Source: Actinomycetes bacterium
Lineage (GTDB): Bacteria > Actinomycetota > Actinomycetes > S36-B12 > UBA5976
Assembly (NCBI GenBank): GCA_037619625.1
Contig: JASJMK010000046.1
Location: 711 to 64,710, forward strand
DNA length: 64,000 nucleotides
Reading direction: 5' to 3'
Positions 1 through 10,029 of the stretch are shown in pieces. Within the stretch, counting starts at the first letter, position 1, and every line of letters starts with the position of its first letter. Made by a program: the position numbers and the translations under genes. The notes beneath the pieces are model-generated. The model saw only the letters and a program-made list of their open reading frames with translations. It did no database searches and had not been told where the DNA came from.

Positions 1-19
1 AATCTGATTAGCTTTTCCT

Positions 20-1213
20 GTGGAAGGGTTTGATTTAGCTACGTTTGCGGAATCAATTACGGTTGCGGATCTTGATCGTGATCCGTACCCAATTTATGCC
101 AGGTTGCGAAAAGAAGCACCGGTAGCTTATGTTCCCGCAGTTAACTTATGGCTGGTAACTCGAGCTGAAGATGTTGAGTTTGTAACAACACACCCGGATC
201 TCTTCACTGCGCAAGTAACAGATTCGACTCTCGATCGATCCTTTAATGGCAAAAGCCTCCTCACCATGGATGGTGAGGAGCACCTTCATATGCGCAAGAG
301 CCTAGATAGCAAGTATCGCCCTCGCATGGTTTCCACCTACATTGATGATTTAGTAATGCCGATAGCAACGCAACAACTTACTGACATCATTTCTAATGTT
401 CGTCGTGAACTAGTTGCTTCATATTTTGAGCCAATTTCGGTTTTGAGTCTTGGTGCAGTCTTGGGCCTTGGCCACTTGAGTGCTGATACATTGCAGCACT
501 GGTTTCATGGGTTAGCGATGGGTGCCACTAACTTTGAACGCGACCCCGAGAAGCAAAAGATTTCAGATGCAGTTGAATCCGAGATGAATGATGAACTGCT
601 GCCTATTATGGCGCGGTTGCTGGCGACGCCCGATGATTCAACAATTTCGCACATGCTGCATTCTGGAATGCCAGATGGTGAGAAGCGCAGCGCCGAGTAT
701 ATTTTGCCAACTCTGAAACTTACGATTTTGGGTGGTATGCAGGAGCCGGGCCATGGAGCAGCAGCTACATTTTTCGCATTAGCAAACATTCCAGGGGCAT
801 TTGATCGACTGCGTCGAAGTCCGGAACTTTGGGATGACGTAATCCAAGAAGGCTTGCGTTGGATTGCACCAATTGGAACTCAGACTCGCCAGACTACCCA
901 GGACGTTGAGTTAGGTGGAGTTGTTATTCCTGCTGGTTCAGCGGTCGCGGCGGTCATCGCTAGTGCGTCAAGAGATGAAACAGTATTTACGCAACCAGAT
1001 GTTTTCGATATGGATCGACCTCGTGAATCAAATGCTTCATTTGGTTATGGCCCACATTTTTGTGCCGGGCATGCATTTGCGCGCGGCGTTGAGAGAATTT
1101 CACTTCAGGTTCTTGTTGAAGGTTTACCAAGTATCTCATTGCGCGACAGCGACGAAGTTGAATTTGCTGGTTGGGAATTCCGAGCACCTACAGCGTTGCA
1201 TACAACTTGGTAG
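20..1213 (+). CDS. Cytochrome P450, GcoA/CYP255-like aromatic O-demethylase
   Basis: Heme motif FGYGPHFCAG, ExxR (EGLRW), I-helix LGGMQEPGHG, plus DDSTISHMLHSGMP and EFAGWEFRAP blocks characteristic of GcoA as recalled. An in-frame stop at 5-7 shows the ORF is complete. Confidence 0.85.
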   Translation: MEGFDLATFAESITVADLDRDPYPIYARLRKEAPVAYVPAVNLWLVTRAEDVEFVTTHPDLFTAQVTDSTLDRSFNGKSLLTMDGEEHLHMRKSLDSKYRPRMVSTYIDDLVMPIATQQLTDIISNVRRELVASYFEPISVLSLGAVLGLGHLSADTLQHWFHGLAMGATNFERDPEKQKISDAVESEMNDELLPIMARLLATPDDSTISHMLHSGMPDGEKRSAEYILPTLKLTILGGMQEPGHGAAATFFALANIPGAFDRLRRSPELWDDVIQEGLRWIAPIGTQTRQTTQDVELGGVVIPAGSAVAAVIASASRDETVFTQPDVFDMDRPRESNASFGYGPHFCAGHAFARGVERISLQVLVEGLPSISLRDSDEVEFAGWEFRAPTALHTTW

Positions 1214-1684
1214 TTATACCTCGATGGTGACGGTCATTGGGCCATCACATACTGCGCTAATTCGCATATCAGCACCGAATTTTCCAGTTTCCACATTCGC
1301 GCCTAAGTCGCGAAGTGCACGAACAACTTCATTTACAAGTGGCTCTGCTTGTGGTCCGCGCGCCGCTTGTTGCCAAGTTGGTCGACGCCCGTTTGAGGTG
1401 TCTGCGAAAAGTGTGAACTGACTGATGGCAAGTATGGGTAGGGAAGCATCTGCAGCGGCAACCTCGACAGAGTTTGAGGTAACTTTTTTACCTGCAAGTT
1501 TTAAACTTGCTGATTCAAAAATTCGTAGTTTCCAAATTTTGTCAGCCAAAAGTGCGCATTTAGTTTCATCATCGTCAACACTTACCCCGATCAAAACCAA
1601 CAAGCCAGGTCCAGTGAATTCGCCAATAACTGTGTCATCCACTTCAACGCTGGCACCATCAACTCGCTGGATAACTGCACGCAT
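1214..1684 (-). CDS. dtd: D-aminoacyl-tRNA deacylase
   Basis: MRAVIQRV start (ATG at 1684), SQFTL and GKFGADM..DGP motifs. Confidence 0.93.
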   Translation of the reverse strand: MRAVIQRVDGASVEVDDTVIGEFTGPGLLVLIGVSVDDDETKCALLADKIWKLRIFESASLKLAGKKVTSNSVEVAAADASLPILAISQFTLFADTSNGRRPTWQQAARGPQAEPLVNEVVRALRDLGANVETGKFGADMRISAVCDGPMTVTIEV

Positions 1685-1756
1685 GAGTACATTCTGGTGG
1701 ATAACGCGGGGCAGGCGCATTAGGTATTAGGTATTGGGTCGTGGAACTATAGTCGC

Positions 1757-2701
1757 ATGTCTGTTCCTGTTGCATATGTGGTTCGAAGTGGCCTGGTCGA
1801 AGGCACTCATTTTGGCAATGCCGTTGTAGTGGATGCCCAAGGAAAAGTTGAGTGGTCCATAGGTGATGTATCAAGCGCTATGTTTCCCAGGTCCTCTAAC
1901 AAACTAATGCAAGGTTTGGCTATGGTCCGTAATGGGTTACCGCTCAAAAATGAACTATTAGCTTTAGCGTGCGCATCACATAGCGGTGAGGACTTCCACC
2001 TAGATGGTGTGCAAGACATCTTAAATGGGGCAAATCTAGAAACTGACTCATTAAAATGCCCACCAGATTGGCCGTTAGACGAAGTTGAGCGAGATACTTT
2101 TATAGCTGCCGGAATTGGTAAAGCACCGCTCTATATGAACTGCAGTGGAAAGCACTCGGCGATGCTTTTCACCAGTGTTTTGAATGGCTGGGATACCGAA
2201 ACTTACTTAAATCCAAATCATCCGCTACAAGTTGCATGTAGAGAAACGATCGAATCTGTAACTAGTGAAAAGGTAGAGCACATCGGTGTTGATGGTTGCG
2301 GCGCGCCATTAATGTCGATGTCGCTAACAGGACTTGCAAGATCGTTTTCTCAGTTTTCTGGACCAGCCGCAGATGCGGATCAAAAGAAGATCGCAACTGC
2401 GATTAAAGAAAATCCCCAGTACCTTGGCGGCACTAGGCGAGATGTCACCCATCTGATGCAAGGAGTCCCAGGTCTAGTAGCCAAAGATGGCGCTGAAGCC
2501 GTTTATGGAATTGGCTTGGGCGATGGGCGCGCACTTGCTTTAAAGATTGAAGACGGCGCAGACCGAGCCCGTATCGTCGTGGCAATGTCAGTTTTGCAGA
2601 AAATTTTAGGCGTTGTATCTCAAGAAGTTGAACGTCAGTTGGATAGCCAGGAACTTTTCGGCGGCGGCGTTCATGTTGGAAAAGTAATCTCAGCGTTATA
2701 G
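1757..2701 (+). CDS. Rhizobium-type (class 3 / asparaginase II) L-asparaginase family protein
   Basis: RSSNK, ASHSGE, NCSGKH, DGCGAP and KDGAE motifs. Confidence 0.88.
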   Translation: MSVPVAYVVRSGLVEGTHFGNAVVVDAQGKVEWSIGDVSSAMFPRSSNKLMQGLAMVRNGLPLKNELLALACASHSGEDFHLDGVQDILNGANLETDSLKCPPDWPLDEVERDTFIAAGIGKAPLYMNCSGKHSAMLFTSVLNGWDTETYLNPNHPLQVACRETIESVTSEKVEHIGVDGCGAPLMSMSLTGLARSFSQFSGPAADADQKKIATAIKENPQYLGGTRRDVTHLMQGVPGLVAKDGAEAVYGIGLGDGRALALKIEDGADRARIVVAMSVLQKILGVVSQEVERQLDSQELFGGGVHVGKVISAL

Positions 2702-2707
2702 ATCTAA

Positions 2708-3913
2708 CTAGGTACCAAGAAGTTGCTTGCGGTACTTCATAACTTCTGAAGTCATTCCAATACCAACAACACCGATTAAAACATCATTTCGGAAATAAGC
2801 CATAACTAGTTCACCTGATAACTCGCCATCAACTAATTCGTATCGATCAGCAAGTCCAGGCATGCCAAAACCTTGAATCTTCATGTCATATTGATCTGAC
2901 CAAAAGGATGGTAAAGGTGCGAAAGCTTGGGCTGCTAGTTCAGCAAAGTTGTCTGCCTGCGCCAAGTAAGCAGATAACACGGCGCCTACTCGTTTTCCAG
3001 TTTCGGTAGGGATGTTCCAATGCTCAATTCTTCTCGCCTCATCATCAAAAAGCGGATTCGCGAATCTGGCCAAGTCGCCAACGACATAAACTCCCTCAAC
3101 TGATTGCCCTTCCGTTGTAACTGCCCGAAGTGCGGAATCAGTCAGTACTCCGTTAGAAATATCAAGATTGGTATTTGCTAGCCATTCAACGTTGCAGTGT
3201 GAGCTAATCGCTTCAACCAGTACGGTGGCTTCCAATGATTCACCATCATCGAGTATTAACCCAGACAGCGAATCTGTTCCTATTAAGTCCTTTATGCCAT
3301 GGCCTAATCGAAAACTTACGCCATGACTTTCATGTCGACGCTGTAGTTCTGCTGAAAGCTTTTCCCCAAGCGGACGGATCATCGGAAAACTGTCAATTGC
3401 AACATTTGTGACTTCACAACCTAAACCTCTTGCGGTAGCTGCAACTTCACAGCCGATAAATCCGGCTCCGGCTACTATGACGCGAGCGCCAGGGACGAGG
3501 TCGGCCCGCAATCCAATTGCATCATCCAGCGTGCGCACAGTATGACGACCCGACAATTTATCGTTTGGGAGATCAAGTGTCCGTGGCCGCAATCCGGATG
3601 CAATAACTAGACCGTCGTAGTCAATAGCTTTTCCGGAATTCGTTGTTACGACCTGTGTTTCTAAATCGACGGAAGTTGCTGGATCACCCAGATGCCAAAT
3701 GACATCTTCGACTTGGGCTCGCAGCTTAAAAGCCACGGCATCGTGAGTTACTTCTTTAGCCAACACCTCTTTCGAAAGTGGTGGGCGGTTATACGGAGCA
3801 TGAACCTCCGCACCGATTACCGTAATTTGACCTTCGAAACCGTTATTGCGAAGTGCCTCGGCCGCCCGAAGACCACCCATTGAGGCCCCAACAATGACGA
3901 CAGATTTTGACAT
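2708..3913 (-). CDS. FAD-dependent ferredoxin reductase
   Basis: GASMGG FAD motif, PYNRPPLSK, GAGFIGCE NAD motif, EHW, FWSDQYD; directly follows a ferredoxin gene. Confidence 0.9.
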   Translation of the reverse strand: MSKSVVIVGASMGGLRAAEALRNNGFEGQITVIGAEVHAPYNRPPLSKEVLAKEVTHDAVAFKLRAQVEDVIWHLGDPATSVDLETQVVTTNSGKAIDYDGLVIASGLRPRTLDLPNDKLSGRHTVRTLDDAIGLRADLVPGARVIVAGAGFIGCEVAATARGLGCEVTNVAIDSFPMIRPLGEKLSAELQRRHESHGVSFRLGHGIKDLIGTDSLSGLILDDGESLEATVLVEAISSHCNVEWLANTNLDISNGVLTDSALRAVTTEGQSVEGVYVVGDLARFANPLFDDEARRIEHWNIPTETGKRVGAVLSAYLAQADNFAELAAQAFAPLPSFWSDQYDMKIQGFGMPGLADRYELVDGELSGELVMAYFRNDVLIGVVGIGMTSEVMKYRKQLLGT

Positions 3914-3927
3914 ATAGCAGGTGTCAG

Positions 3928-4119
3928 TTATTCAACAATAGATATTGCCTGCATTGGGCAAACATCCACGGCGCTTTCAACATCGCTTCGCCGACTGTCA
4001 TCAGCGGTAGCAACAAATTCAAGTTTGTCATTGTCATTCAACGCAAAAATGTCTGGCGCCTCGAAAACACATTGCCCGTAATGTTGGCACTTATCCATGT
4101 CGACATCGATGGTTATCAT
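3928..4119 (-). CDS. [3Fe-4S]-type ferredoxin (P450 redox partner)
   Basis: 63 aa, CQHYGQC...CP motif. Confidence 0.9.
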   Translation of the reverse strand: MITIDVDMDKCQHYGQCVFEAPDIFALNDNDKLEFVATADDSRRSDVESAVDVCPMQAISIVE

Positions 4120-4994
4120 TTCTTCTCCTCAACAGTTGATGGATATAAATCCTTGGAAGGAGTTCGAATTCCACGGAACTCCCAATCACCACCCAAGGCA
4201 GTGGAAACCACTTCTTCACTTTCTGTTGGCTGGGCGCCTACATCAGTACGGATTGCAGTTGGCCCCGTGACGATTGTGTTGGTCAGTTTGCCAAGGCCTT
4301 CAACTTCTACTTCAACCACGTCACCGGGTTCAACGGGACGTGAATTGGCCGGAGTTCCGGAGAACAAAATGTCACCTGGAACTAACGTGATCGTTCGGGC
4401 AATGTCAGCAATCAAGTAATGCATATCCCATTCCATGTTGCTGGTGTTGTCATCTTGCTTAACAACGCCATTAACTAAAGTTCGTATCTGCTTTCCTCGG
4501 AAGTCCCAATCTGTAATTAAGCCAGGACCAACAGGCGCCAATGTATCGCTTCCTTTTACTCGAAGCATGGATCCAGCATCGGTATCGCGGAAGTCATGAA
4601 GACCGTAATCATTGCCGATGGTGTAGCCAGCAATGTAATCCCCAGCTTCGGCAGGGCTGATGTTGCGGCAAGTCTTGCCAATCACGATTACGATTTCGCC
4701 TTCGTAGTTCAACCATTTACAACCTTGCGGGCGAACAATTGAACCTAAATGACTATTCAGTGCGGTAATCGGCTTGTGAAAGTACGTTGGTGCCGATGGA
4801 AGCTTAGTCATGAACTCCTGAGTACGACTGTCGTAATTCAGATGAACCGCAATAATTTTTGTGGGCTCACTTGGTGGCAAATGAATCGCGTGAGCAATTT
4901 CTACTTCTCTGCCATCTGGCGCAACGAGAGTTTCGCCGTGGCGAATCGTTTGAACCGCAAAACCATCAAGCAGAATGCGACGATACTCAGCCAC
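4116..4994 (-). CDS. Fumarylacetoacetate hydrolase family protein (HpaG-like isomerase/decarboxylase)
   Basis: KIIAVHLNY, YFHKP, YEGE, GNDYG, PGDILFSGTP. Start placed at GTG 4994, which overlaps the upstream stop codon. Confidence 0.85.
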   Translation of the reverse strand: MAEYRRILLDGFAVQTIRHGETLVAPDGREVEIAHAIHLPPSEPTKIIAVHLNYDSRTQEFMTKLPSAPTYFHKPITALNSHLGSIVRPQGCKWLNYEGEIVIVIGKTCRNISPAEAGDYIAGYTIGNDYGLHDFRDTDAGSMLRVKGSDTLAPVGPGLITDWDFRGKQIRTLVNGVVKQDDNTSNMEWDMHYLIADIARTITLVPGDILFSGTPANSRPVEPGDVVEVEVEGLGKLTNTIVTGPTAIRTDVGAQPTESEEVVSTALGGDWEFRGIRTPSKDLYPSTVEEKK

Positions 4995-5895
4995 GTGACA
5001 CCACTGGGTGTTTAACAGATGGGAAACCTTCGGCTGGTTTATCGAACCAAATGTGAACCTGGCCGGTACCAATCGAGTTTTCGTATTCTCCGTATTGACG
5101 ACCAGGCGCAGTGCAATCCGCTTCACCCATTGCGCCGTGCATCATCATGCCGTGTCCATACCGAGCCTCTGGCTTGTACTTGTGAAACTCGTCCATAGTG
5201 TCGAGCACTTTGGCATGTTTGCCTGCTAGGTACCAAGCAATCCGTTCTTCGTCGGCAGCACGTGCTGCTGGTGTATAAATGGAATTCAAATCTGCAGACT
5301 CATGTTTGCGTAGTTCACGCAACGGCCAAAACGTATGTGACAAAGCACCAGAGGCAATTAGCAAAACTTTGCGATCTGAATTTGCGATTGCTTCGCCAAC
5401 TGCGCGCCCTAATCGTAAATTATCTTCGTCATCACCGGTTTGGCACATACCAATGCTGATCCAGTTTTTATCCAAGCCTTTACCGAGATACATCCAGAGA
5501 TTTAAGGTCGCGTAGAAAGTTGGCAGGTGAGCGTTGTCAATCGGGGTGATCCAAGTCCCATGCTTTTCACCAAGTGAGGAAATTTCCTTAGCTAGCGCGG
5601 GGTCACCTTTCCAGTCATAAGGTACCGATGACATTCCTCGAGGCAGTTCTTCGCTGGTATAAAATCCCTCGCGCCGATCATGTGAGGTGACTACGAACTC
5701 AACCGTAGTTGCCCAATGCGAGTCAAAGACTATGACGGTGTCGTATTCAACTTTTTCAAATACGTCTTTACGCAGTCGCTCCAATCCTGCGACCAGCGTG
5801 AAGTCTTCCCCATTGTTGAGCTCCTTACGAATCTCAAGTGGCAAGACAATGGTAGGCACATGTGCCAATAGGCCAGCTCCAACAATTTCACCCAT
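4987..5895 (-). CDS. LigB-family extradiol dioxygenase, 3,4-dihydroxyphenylacetate 2,3-dioxygenase-like
   Basis: AHVPT, DSHW, ASGALSH and YENSIGTGQ motifs; sits between an ALDH and an FAH-family gene as in hpa clusters. Confidence 0.82.
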   Translation of the reverse strand: MGEIVGAGLLAHVPTIVLPLEIRKELNNGEDFTLVAGLERLRKDVFEKVEYDTVIVFDSHWATTVEFVVTSHDRREGFYTSEELPRGMSSVPYDWKGDPALAKEISSLGEKHGTWITPIDNAHLPTFYATLNLWMYLGKGLDKNWISIGMCQTGDDEDNLRLGRAVGEAIANSDRKVLLIASGALSHTFWPLRELRKHESADLNSIYTPAARAADEERIAWYLAGKHAKVLDTMDEFHKYKPEARYGHGMMMHGAMGEADCTAPGRQYGEYENSIGTGQVHIWFDKPAEGFPSVKHPVVSRG

Positions 5896-5898
5896 GAT

Positions 5899-7362
5899 TT
5901 ATTCCTTCCAACCGTTAGGCGCAAAGACCGTGTTCTTTACGTCTGCATAAAAATCAAATGACCAGATTCCACCTTCGCGGCCGATACCTGATTTTTTGGA
6001 TCCACCAAAAGGTGCACCAAGATCTCGTACAAAGAAACAGTTAACCCAAATCGTGCCAGCAACGAGCCGATTAGTGATGTCTTCAGCTCGCTTCTTGTTT
6101 CCACAAACGACTACTGCAGCTAACCCGAATTCAGTTCCGTTAGCCATCTCAATTGCCTCTTCGTCGGTGTCGAACTGCTGCATACTCAGCACTGGTCCAA
6201 ACACTTCTTGAGTTACGATTTCGCTGCCGACCTTTGGATTATCAATCAAAGTCGGCATAAAGAAGTTGCCACCCAATTCTGTATTAGGGCCACCACCCAA
6301 AACTACTGTCTGTCCTTCGGCTACTGCGCGGTCGACGAATCCCTTAACACGTGCAAAATGTTCTGGATGAATTTGCGGTCCGATGTCAGTAGCTTCATCG
6401 CGCGGGTCACCCTGCTTGATTTGCTTGGCTCGTTCGATAAATGCGGCTTTGAATTTCTCTGCGATTCCGCGCTGCACCAAGAATCTAGTTCCAGATAAAC
6501 AAACCTGACCGGCGTTGTCATACTGTTCAACTGCAACCGTCACTGCAATATCCAAGTCAGCGTCATCAGTAATGATGAGTGGACTCTTGCCACCAAGTTC
6601 GAAGGAACATGGCACAAGATTTTCCGCTGCTGCTTTAGCGACAAGTTTGGCAGTAGGAACTGAACCAGTAAATGAAATTCGGGATAAGTCTGGATGCGCA
6701 GTTAGCGCTGCGCCAGCTTCTTCACCAAAACCTTGCACAACATTAAAAACTCCCGGTGGCATTCCTGCCTCGGCAGTTATGTCTGCCAGTAGGGAAGAAG
6801 TGAGCGGTGCCCACTCAGGTGGTTTTGCTACAACAGTGTCGCCAGCCGCAAGCGCTGGACCAATTCGCCAAGTTGCGAGCATAAGTGGTGCATTCCACGG
6901 CGTGATGATTCCGGTAACCCCTGCTGGATCCCAAGTTACGTGATTTGTGTGTCCGCGAGTTTCAAAGTCAGGATAGTTAAGTTGATTTACTGCGTAGTCA
7001 GCAAAAAATCTAAAGTTCATTGCAACTCGAGGCATGACACCGCGACGATGCGAACGAAGTAGGGAACCGTTATCTGTGGTCTCAACAATGGCGAGATCTT
7101 CAATGCGGGATTCGATAATGTCAGCAACCCGATTCAAAATCGCGCCTCGTTCAGCTGGCGACATTTGAGACCAAATTGGAAAGGCTGCTTTTGCTGCGGC
7201 GACAGCTAAGTCAACCTCTAGTTTTCCACCACGAGAAATGTCTGCCAGAAAAGTGCCATCTATTGGGGAATGATCTGCGAACGTGGAATCAGAGGCAACC
7301 CGCTTGCCACCAATGAAATGCCGAGTATCTACTTCAACCCCAGCAACTGTTGCCATTGTCAT
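5899..7362 (-). CDS. Aldehyde dehydrogenase, HpaE / hydroxymuconic semialdehyde dehydrogenase-like
   Basis: ITPWNAP, FTGS, ELGGKS, GQVCLSG, EVFGP; the NCFFVRDL..PFGG..SGIGREGG tail is typical of HMS dehydrogenases. Confidence 0.85.
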   Translation of the reverse strand: MTMATVAGVEVDTRHFIGGKRVASDSTFADHSPIDGTFLADISRGGKLEVDLAVAAAKAAFPIWSQMSPAERGAILNRVADIIESRIEDLAIVETTDNGSLLRSHRRGVMPRVAMNFRFFADYAVNQLNYPDFETRGHTNHVTWDPAGVTGIITPWNAPLMLATWRIGPALAAGDTVVAKPPEWAPLTSSLLADITAEAGMPPGVFNVVQGFGEEAGAALTAHPDLSRISFTGSVPTAKLVAKAAAENLVPCSFELGGKSPLIITDDADLDIAVTVAVEQYDNAGQVCLSGTRFLVQRGIAEKFKAAFIERAKQIKQGDPRDEATDIGPQIHPEHFARVKGFVDRAVAEGQTVVLGGGPNTELGGNFFMPTLIDNPKVGSEIVTQEVFGPVLSMQQFDTDEEAIEMANGTEFGLAAVVVCGNKKRAEDITNRLVAGTIWVNCFFVRDLGAPFGGSKKSGIGREGGIWSFDFYADVKNTVFAPNGWKE

Positions 7363-7378
7363 GCCATCCCCTGAAAAA

Positions 7379-7396
7379 TCGTTCGGGTACTAACGA
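7379..7396. promoter_or_regulatory. Palindromic operator copy 1 (TCGTT-N8-AACGA), probable MarR site
   Basis: TCGTTCGGGTACTAACGA, 16 nt upstream of the ALDH start in a divergent promoter region. Confidence 0.7.
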
Positions 7397-7463
7397 ATTA
7401 CGATACGTTAAATTTAGTGATTTGGGAACCAAATTTAAGTAATTCTTTCATTAGGCTGGTGAA

Positions 7464-8144
7464 ATGTCGTTACGTCCCAGAATCGCACTAATAGGGCGGT
7501 TTACAAACTCGGCTTCGGCGCTTCGATACGCCGGCGTCGTGAGCTCAAGAGCGCTCTTGGAATCACTATGGAATGCCGGAGCTGAACCGGTAACCCTTAT
7601 GGCAGCGCCGGATAGTAATTGGGAACAGCGGCTCCGCGACTATCAAGGGGTATTACTTGCTGGCGGTGGTGATATCAATCCTGCCAGATACGGTCAAACA
7701 CCAGATGCGAGTGTCTATGACGTAGACGATCTCCAGGACGATTCAGATTTTGGAATGACCGAGTACGTATTGCAGCAGGGGATTCCTACCTTGGCAGTAT
7801 GTCGAGGCTTGCACGTCGTAAACGTTGTTCGCGGCGGAACTTTGATTCAAGATATGCCAGCTAATCATCGACATGTGGTTCAAGAAGTAAAAGTTAGCGA
7901 TTATGAATCTTTTGGATTTACTTCAGAGTTGGTAGGAACTTCGTGTTACCACCACCAAGCAATCGACAAGATTGGCGCTGGATTAGAAGTTCTCGGACGC
8001 GGTCCAGATGGAACCATTGAAGCTGTTGGAATTGAATCAACTGGCTGGGCTCGTGGCGTGCAGTGGCACCCCGAAGACACCGCAAAATCAGATGCAAACC
8101 AACACGGACTATTTATTCGGTTAGTTAAAGAAGCTAGTGCTTAA
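7464..8144 (+). CDS. Gamma-glutamyl-gamma-aminobutyrate hydrolase family (PuuD-like, peptidase C26)
   Basis: GGGDINP..YG, AVCRG nucleophile, HHQA, VQWHPE. Confidence 0.88.
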   Translation: MSLRPRIALIGRFTNSASALRYAGVVSSRALLESLWNAGAEPVTLMAAPDSNWEQRLRDYQGVLLAGGGDINPARYGQTPDASVYDVDDLQDDSDFGMTEYVLQQGIPTLAVCRGLHVVNVVRGGTLIQDMPANHRHVVQEVKVSDYESFGFTSELVGTSCYHHQAIDKIGAGLEVLGRGPDGTIEAVGIESTGWARGVQWHPEDTAKSDANQHGLFIRLVKEASA

Positions 8145-8646
8145 TTAGTTTTTGAGAATCTACGGTGATTGTGACCGCTCTTAGCAGGTCAGCAAATGAG
8201 CCGAGATCTGATCGCTTTAAATCAGCTACTGCCAGCTGCTCACCCTTATTGAATTCTGGGAATAGCTTCAACATCATTTTGCGACCCTTAGCCGTTAGCT
8301 TTACTAGAACCAAGCGACCATCTTTATTGCTGCGAGTTCGCGTAATAAGACCGCGTCCTTCGAGTGTTTGCATTACGCCTGTTAACGTCGCTTTGGAAAA
8401 CCCACCCTCCTCGGCAATAACCCGGGATTCAACTGGCTCCCAAATCCAAACCACCCATAGGACCACAAACGCTGTCCAAGATAAATCATGTTCAGCAAGA
8501 ACTGTGCGCTCCAGGTAATTGCGCACCGCGTTAGCAGCTCGGAAGAGGTTCGAGGCAACTGCCATAGCTTCGAAATCGATCTCTAAATCACCGAGTCGGG
8601 CCTGAACTTGGCGTTCAGTTTCGTCTAACGTGTGCTGACCAGCCAT
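8134..8646 (-). CDS. MarR family transcriptional regulator
   Basis: Winged helix SKATLTGVMQTLEGRGLITR..DGR..LTAKG. Confidence 0.9.
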   Translation of the reverse strand: MAGQHTLDETERQVQARLGDLEIDFEAMAVASNLFRAANAVRNYLERTVLAEHDLSWTAFVVLWVVWIWEPVESRVIAEEGGFSKATLTGVMQTLEGRGLITRTRSNKDGRLVLVKLTAKGRKMMLKLFPEFNKGEQLAVADLKRSDLGSFADLLRAVTITVDSQKLIKH

Positions 8647-8732
8647 GAAACCTCAATTTTTAGTACCTACTCGAACTTTATCGGCTTTCTTGAAAATGAT
8701 CCCAGGATGGGTCAGAATCAGGTATCTTAAAA

Positions 8733-8750
8733 CTGTTCGTACCCGAACGA
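8733..8750. promoter_or_regulatory. Palindromic operator copy 2
   Basis: CTGTTCGTACCCGAACGA between divergent marR and P450 genes. Confidence 0.7.
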
Positions 8751-8778
8751 TTATTTCAACTTGGTGTGAGGTGAGTTA

Positions 8779-10029
8779 GTGTCAACCGCGACAGATATCA
8801 GCTTGGCAAACTTAGATCTATTTGAAGCACAAATCCCATGGCAAACTTTTGATGAATTACGCTCTAGCAAGCCTGTGCATTGGAGTGAGGAACCTGCACC
8901 GAACTCAGGATTCTGGTCGCTAACGCGATACCACGATATTGTTCGCGTGCTGCGCGATACTGAAACTTATTCAAGTGAAAAAGGCACGGTTAATCTTGAG
9001 GAACTAGACGAAGAGCAGATGGAAGCTAGAAAATCCATGATTGAGACTGACGGTATTCGTCACCGCGCGCTTCGTAAATTGATGCAAGATTCGTTCACGC
9101 CCAAAGCAGTTGCTGGGTATGAAACTTTTCTCCGAGGATTGACGGCCAGCACGCTTGATGACGCTTTTGCTAAAGGATCATTTGATTTTGTTAAAGAAGT
9201 CGCTGCAGATTTTCCAATTCGAGTTTTAGCGAGACTTATGGACGTTCCCGACACGGACATTGACAAGTTGATCGCTTGGGGAAACCGAATGGTTGGAAAC
9301 ACCGACCCAGAACATGCCGATGTTTTGCTGGATTCACCAGAATCAGAAAAATACCGAATGTTGCCATTTCGTTCCCCTGCGGCTCTGGAAGTTTGGGCAT
9401 ATGGCGATGACTTAGCAAAGCAAAGACTGGGTGGCAAAGGTGTGGACATTGTTTCCACGCTTATCAATCAGACACCAATTGATGGACTGCCACTTTCCAC
9501 CAGAGACTTCCATGCTTATTTCTTGCTCTTGATTGTTGCCGGCAACGAAACTACGCGTCACACGATTAGCCACAGCATGAACTACTTGATTGATAATCCA
9601 GATCAAATGGCATTGATGCAGGAACGCCCAGAGTTAATTGAGTGGGGTGTAGAAGAAATGCTTCGCATGGCTAGCCCGGTTTATCATTTCCGTCGGACTG
9701 CGGCTAAGGACACCGAAATTAATGGTCAAGCGATTAAGGAAGGTGACAAAGTTGTTACCTGGTTTGCCGCCGGAAATCGCGACCCAGAAGTATTCAAAGA
9801 TCCTTACCGTATGGACATAACTAGAAATCCAAATGAGCACATGACATTTGGTCGAGGTGGCCCGCATATGTGCTTGGGTAATTCGTTAGCCCGCCTTGAA
9901 ATAAAAATTATGTTTGAAGAATTGTTACCAAGAATTTCTAACATTAAGCGAACCGGTGAAGTAGAACGGCTGCGAAGTAATTTCGTTAATGGAATTAAGC
10001 GTTTTCCGGTTGAAGTAACGCTTAAGTAG
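8779..10029 (+). CDS. Cytochrome P450 (CYP124/CYP125-like clan)
   Basis: AGNETTR, EEMLR..SPV..FRR, FGRGGPHMCLG, RSNFVNGIK. Confidence 0.93.
   Translation: MSTATDISLANLDLFEAQIPWQTFDELRSSKPVHWSEEPAPNSGFWSLTRYHDIVRVLRDTETYSSEKGTVNLEELDEEQMEARKSMIETDGIRHRALRKLMQDSFTPKAVAGYETFLRGLTASTLDDAFAKGSFDFVKEVAADFPIRVLARLMDVPDTDIDKLIAWGNRMVGNTDPEHADVLLDSPESEKYRMLPFRSPAALEVWAYGDDLAKQRLGGKGVDIVSTLINQTPIDGLPLSTRDFHAYFLLLIVAGNETTRHTISHSMNYLIDNPDQMALMQERPELIEWGVEEMLRMASPVYHFRRTAAKDTEINGQAIKEGDKVVTWFAAGNRDPEVFKDPYRMDITRNPNEHMTFGRGGPHMCLGNSLARLEIKIMFEELLPRISNIKRTGEVERLRSNFVNGIKRFPVEVTLK

Noticed and set aside
4995-5126. N-terminal extensions in the ORF track (FAH, dtd, ppx, HAD, glutaredoxin, phosphatase, nuoH, ferredoxin 2)
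   Set aside because: They overlap neighbouring genes or promoters; downstream starts match family N-termini and RBS or -10 signals.
7420-7434. ATTTGG-GAA-CCAAAT palindrome near the PuuD-like promoter
   Set aside because: Single occurrence with different spacing from the main operator, in AT-rich DNA; insufficient support.
8735-8748. GTTCG-N4-CGAAC as a LexA SOS box
   Set aside because: The half-sites are in the opposite order to the actinobacterial CGAAC-N4-GTTCG box, and the sequence fits the local operator family.
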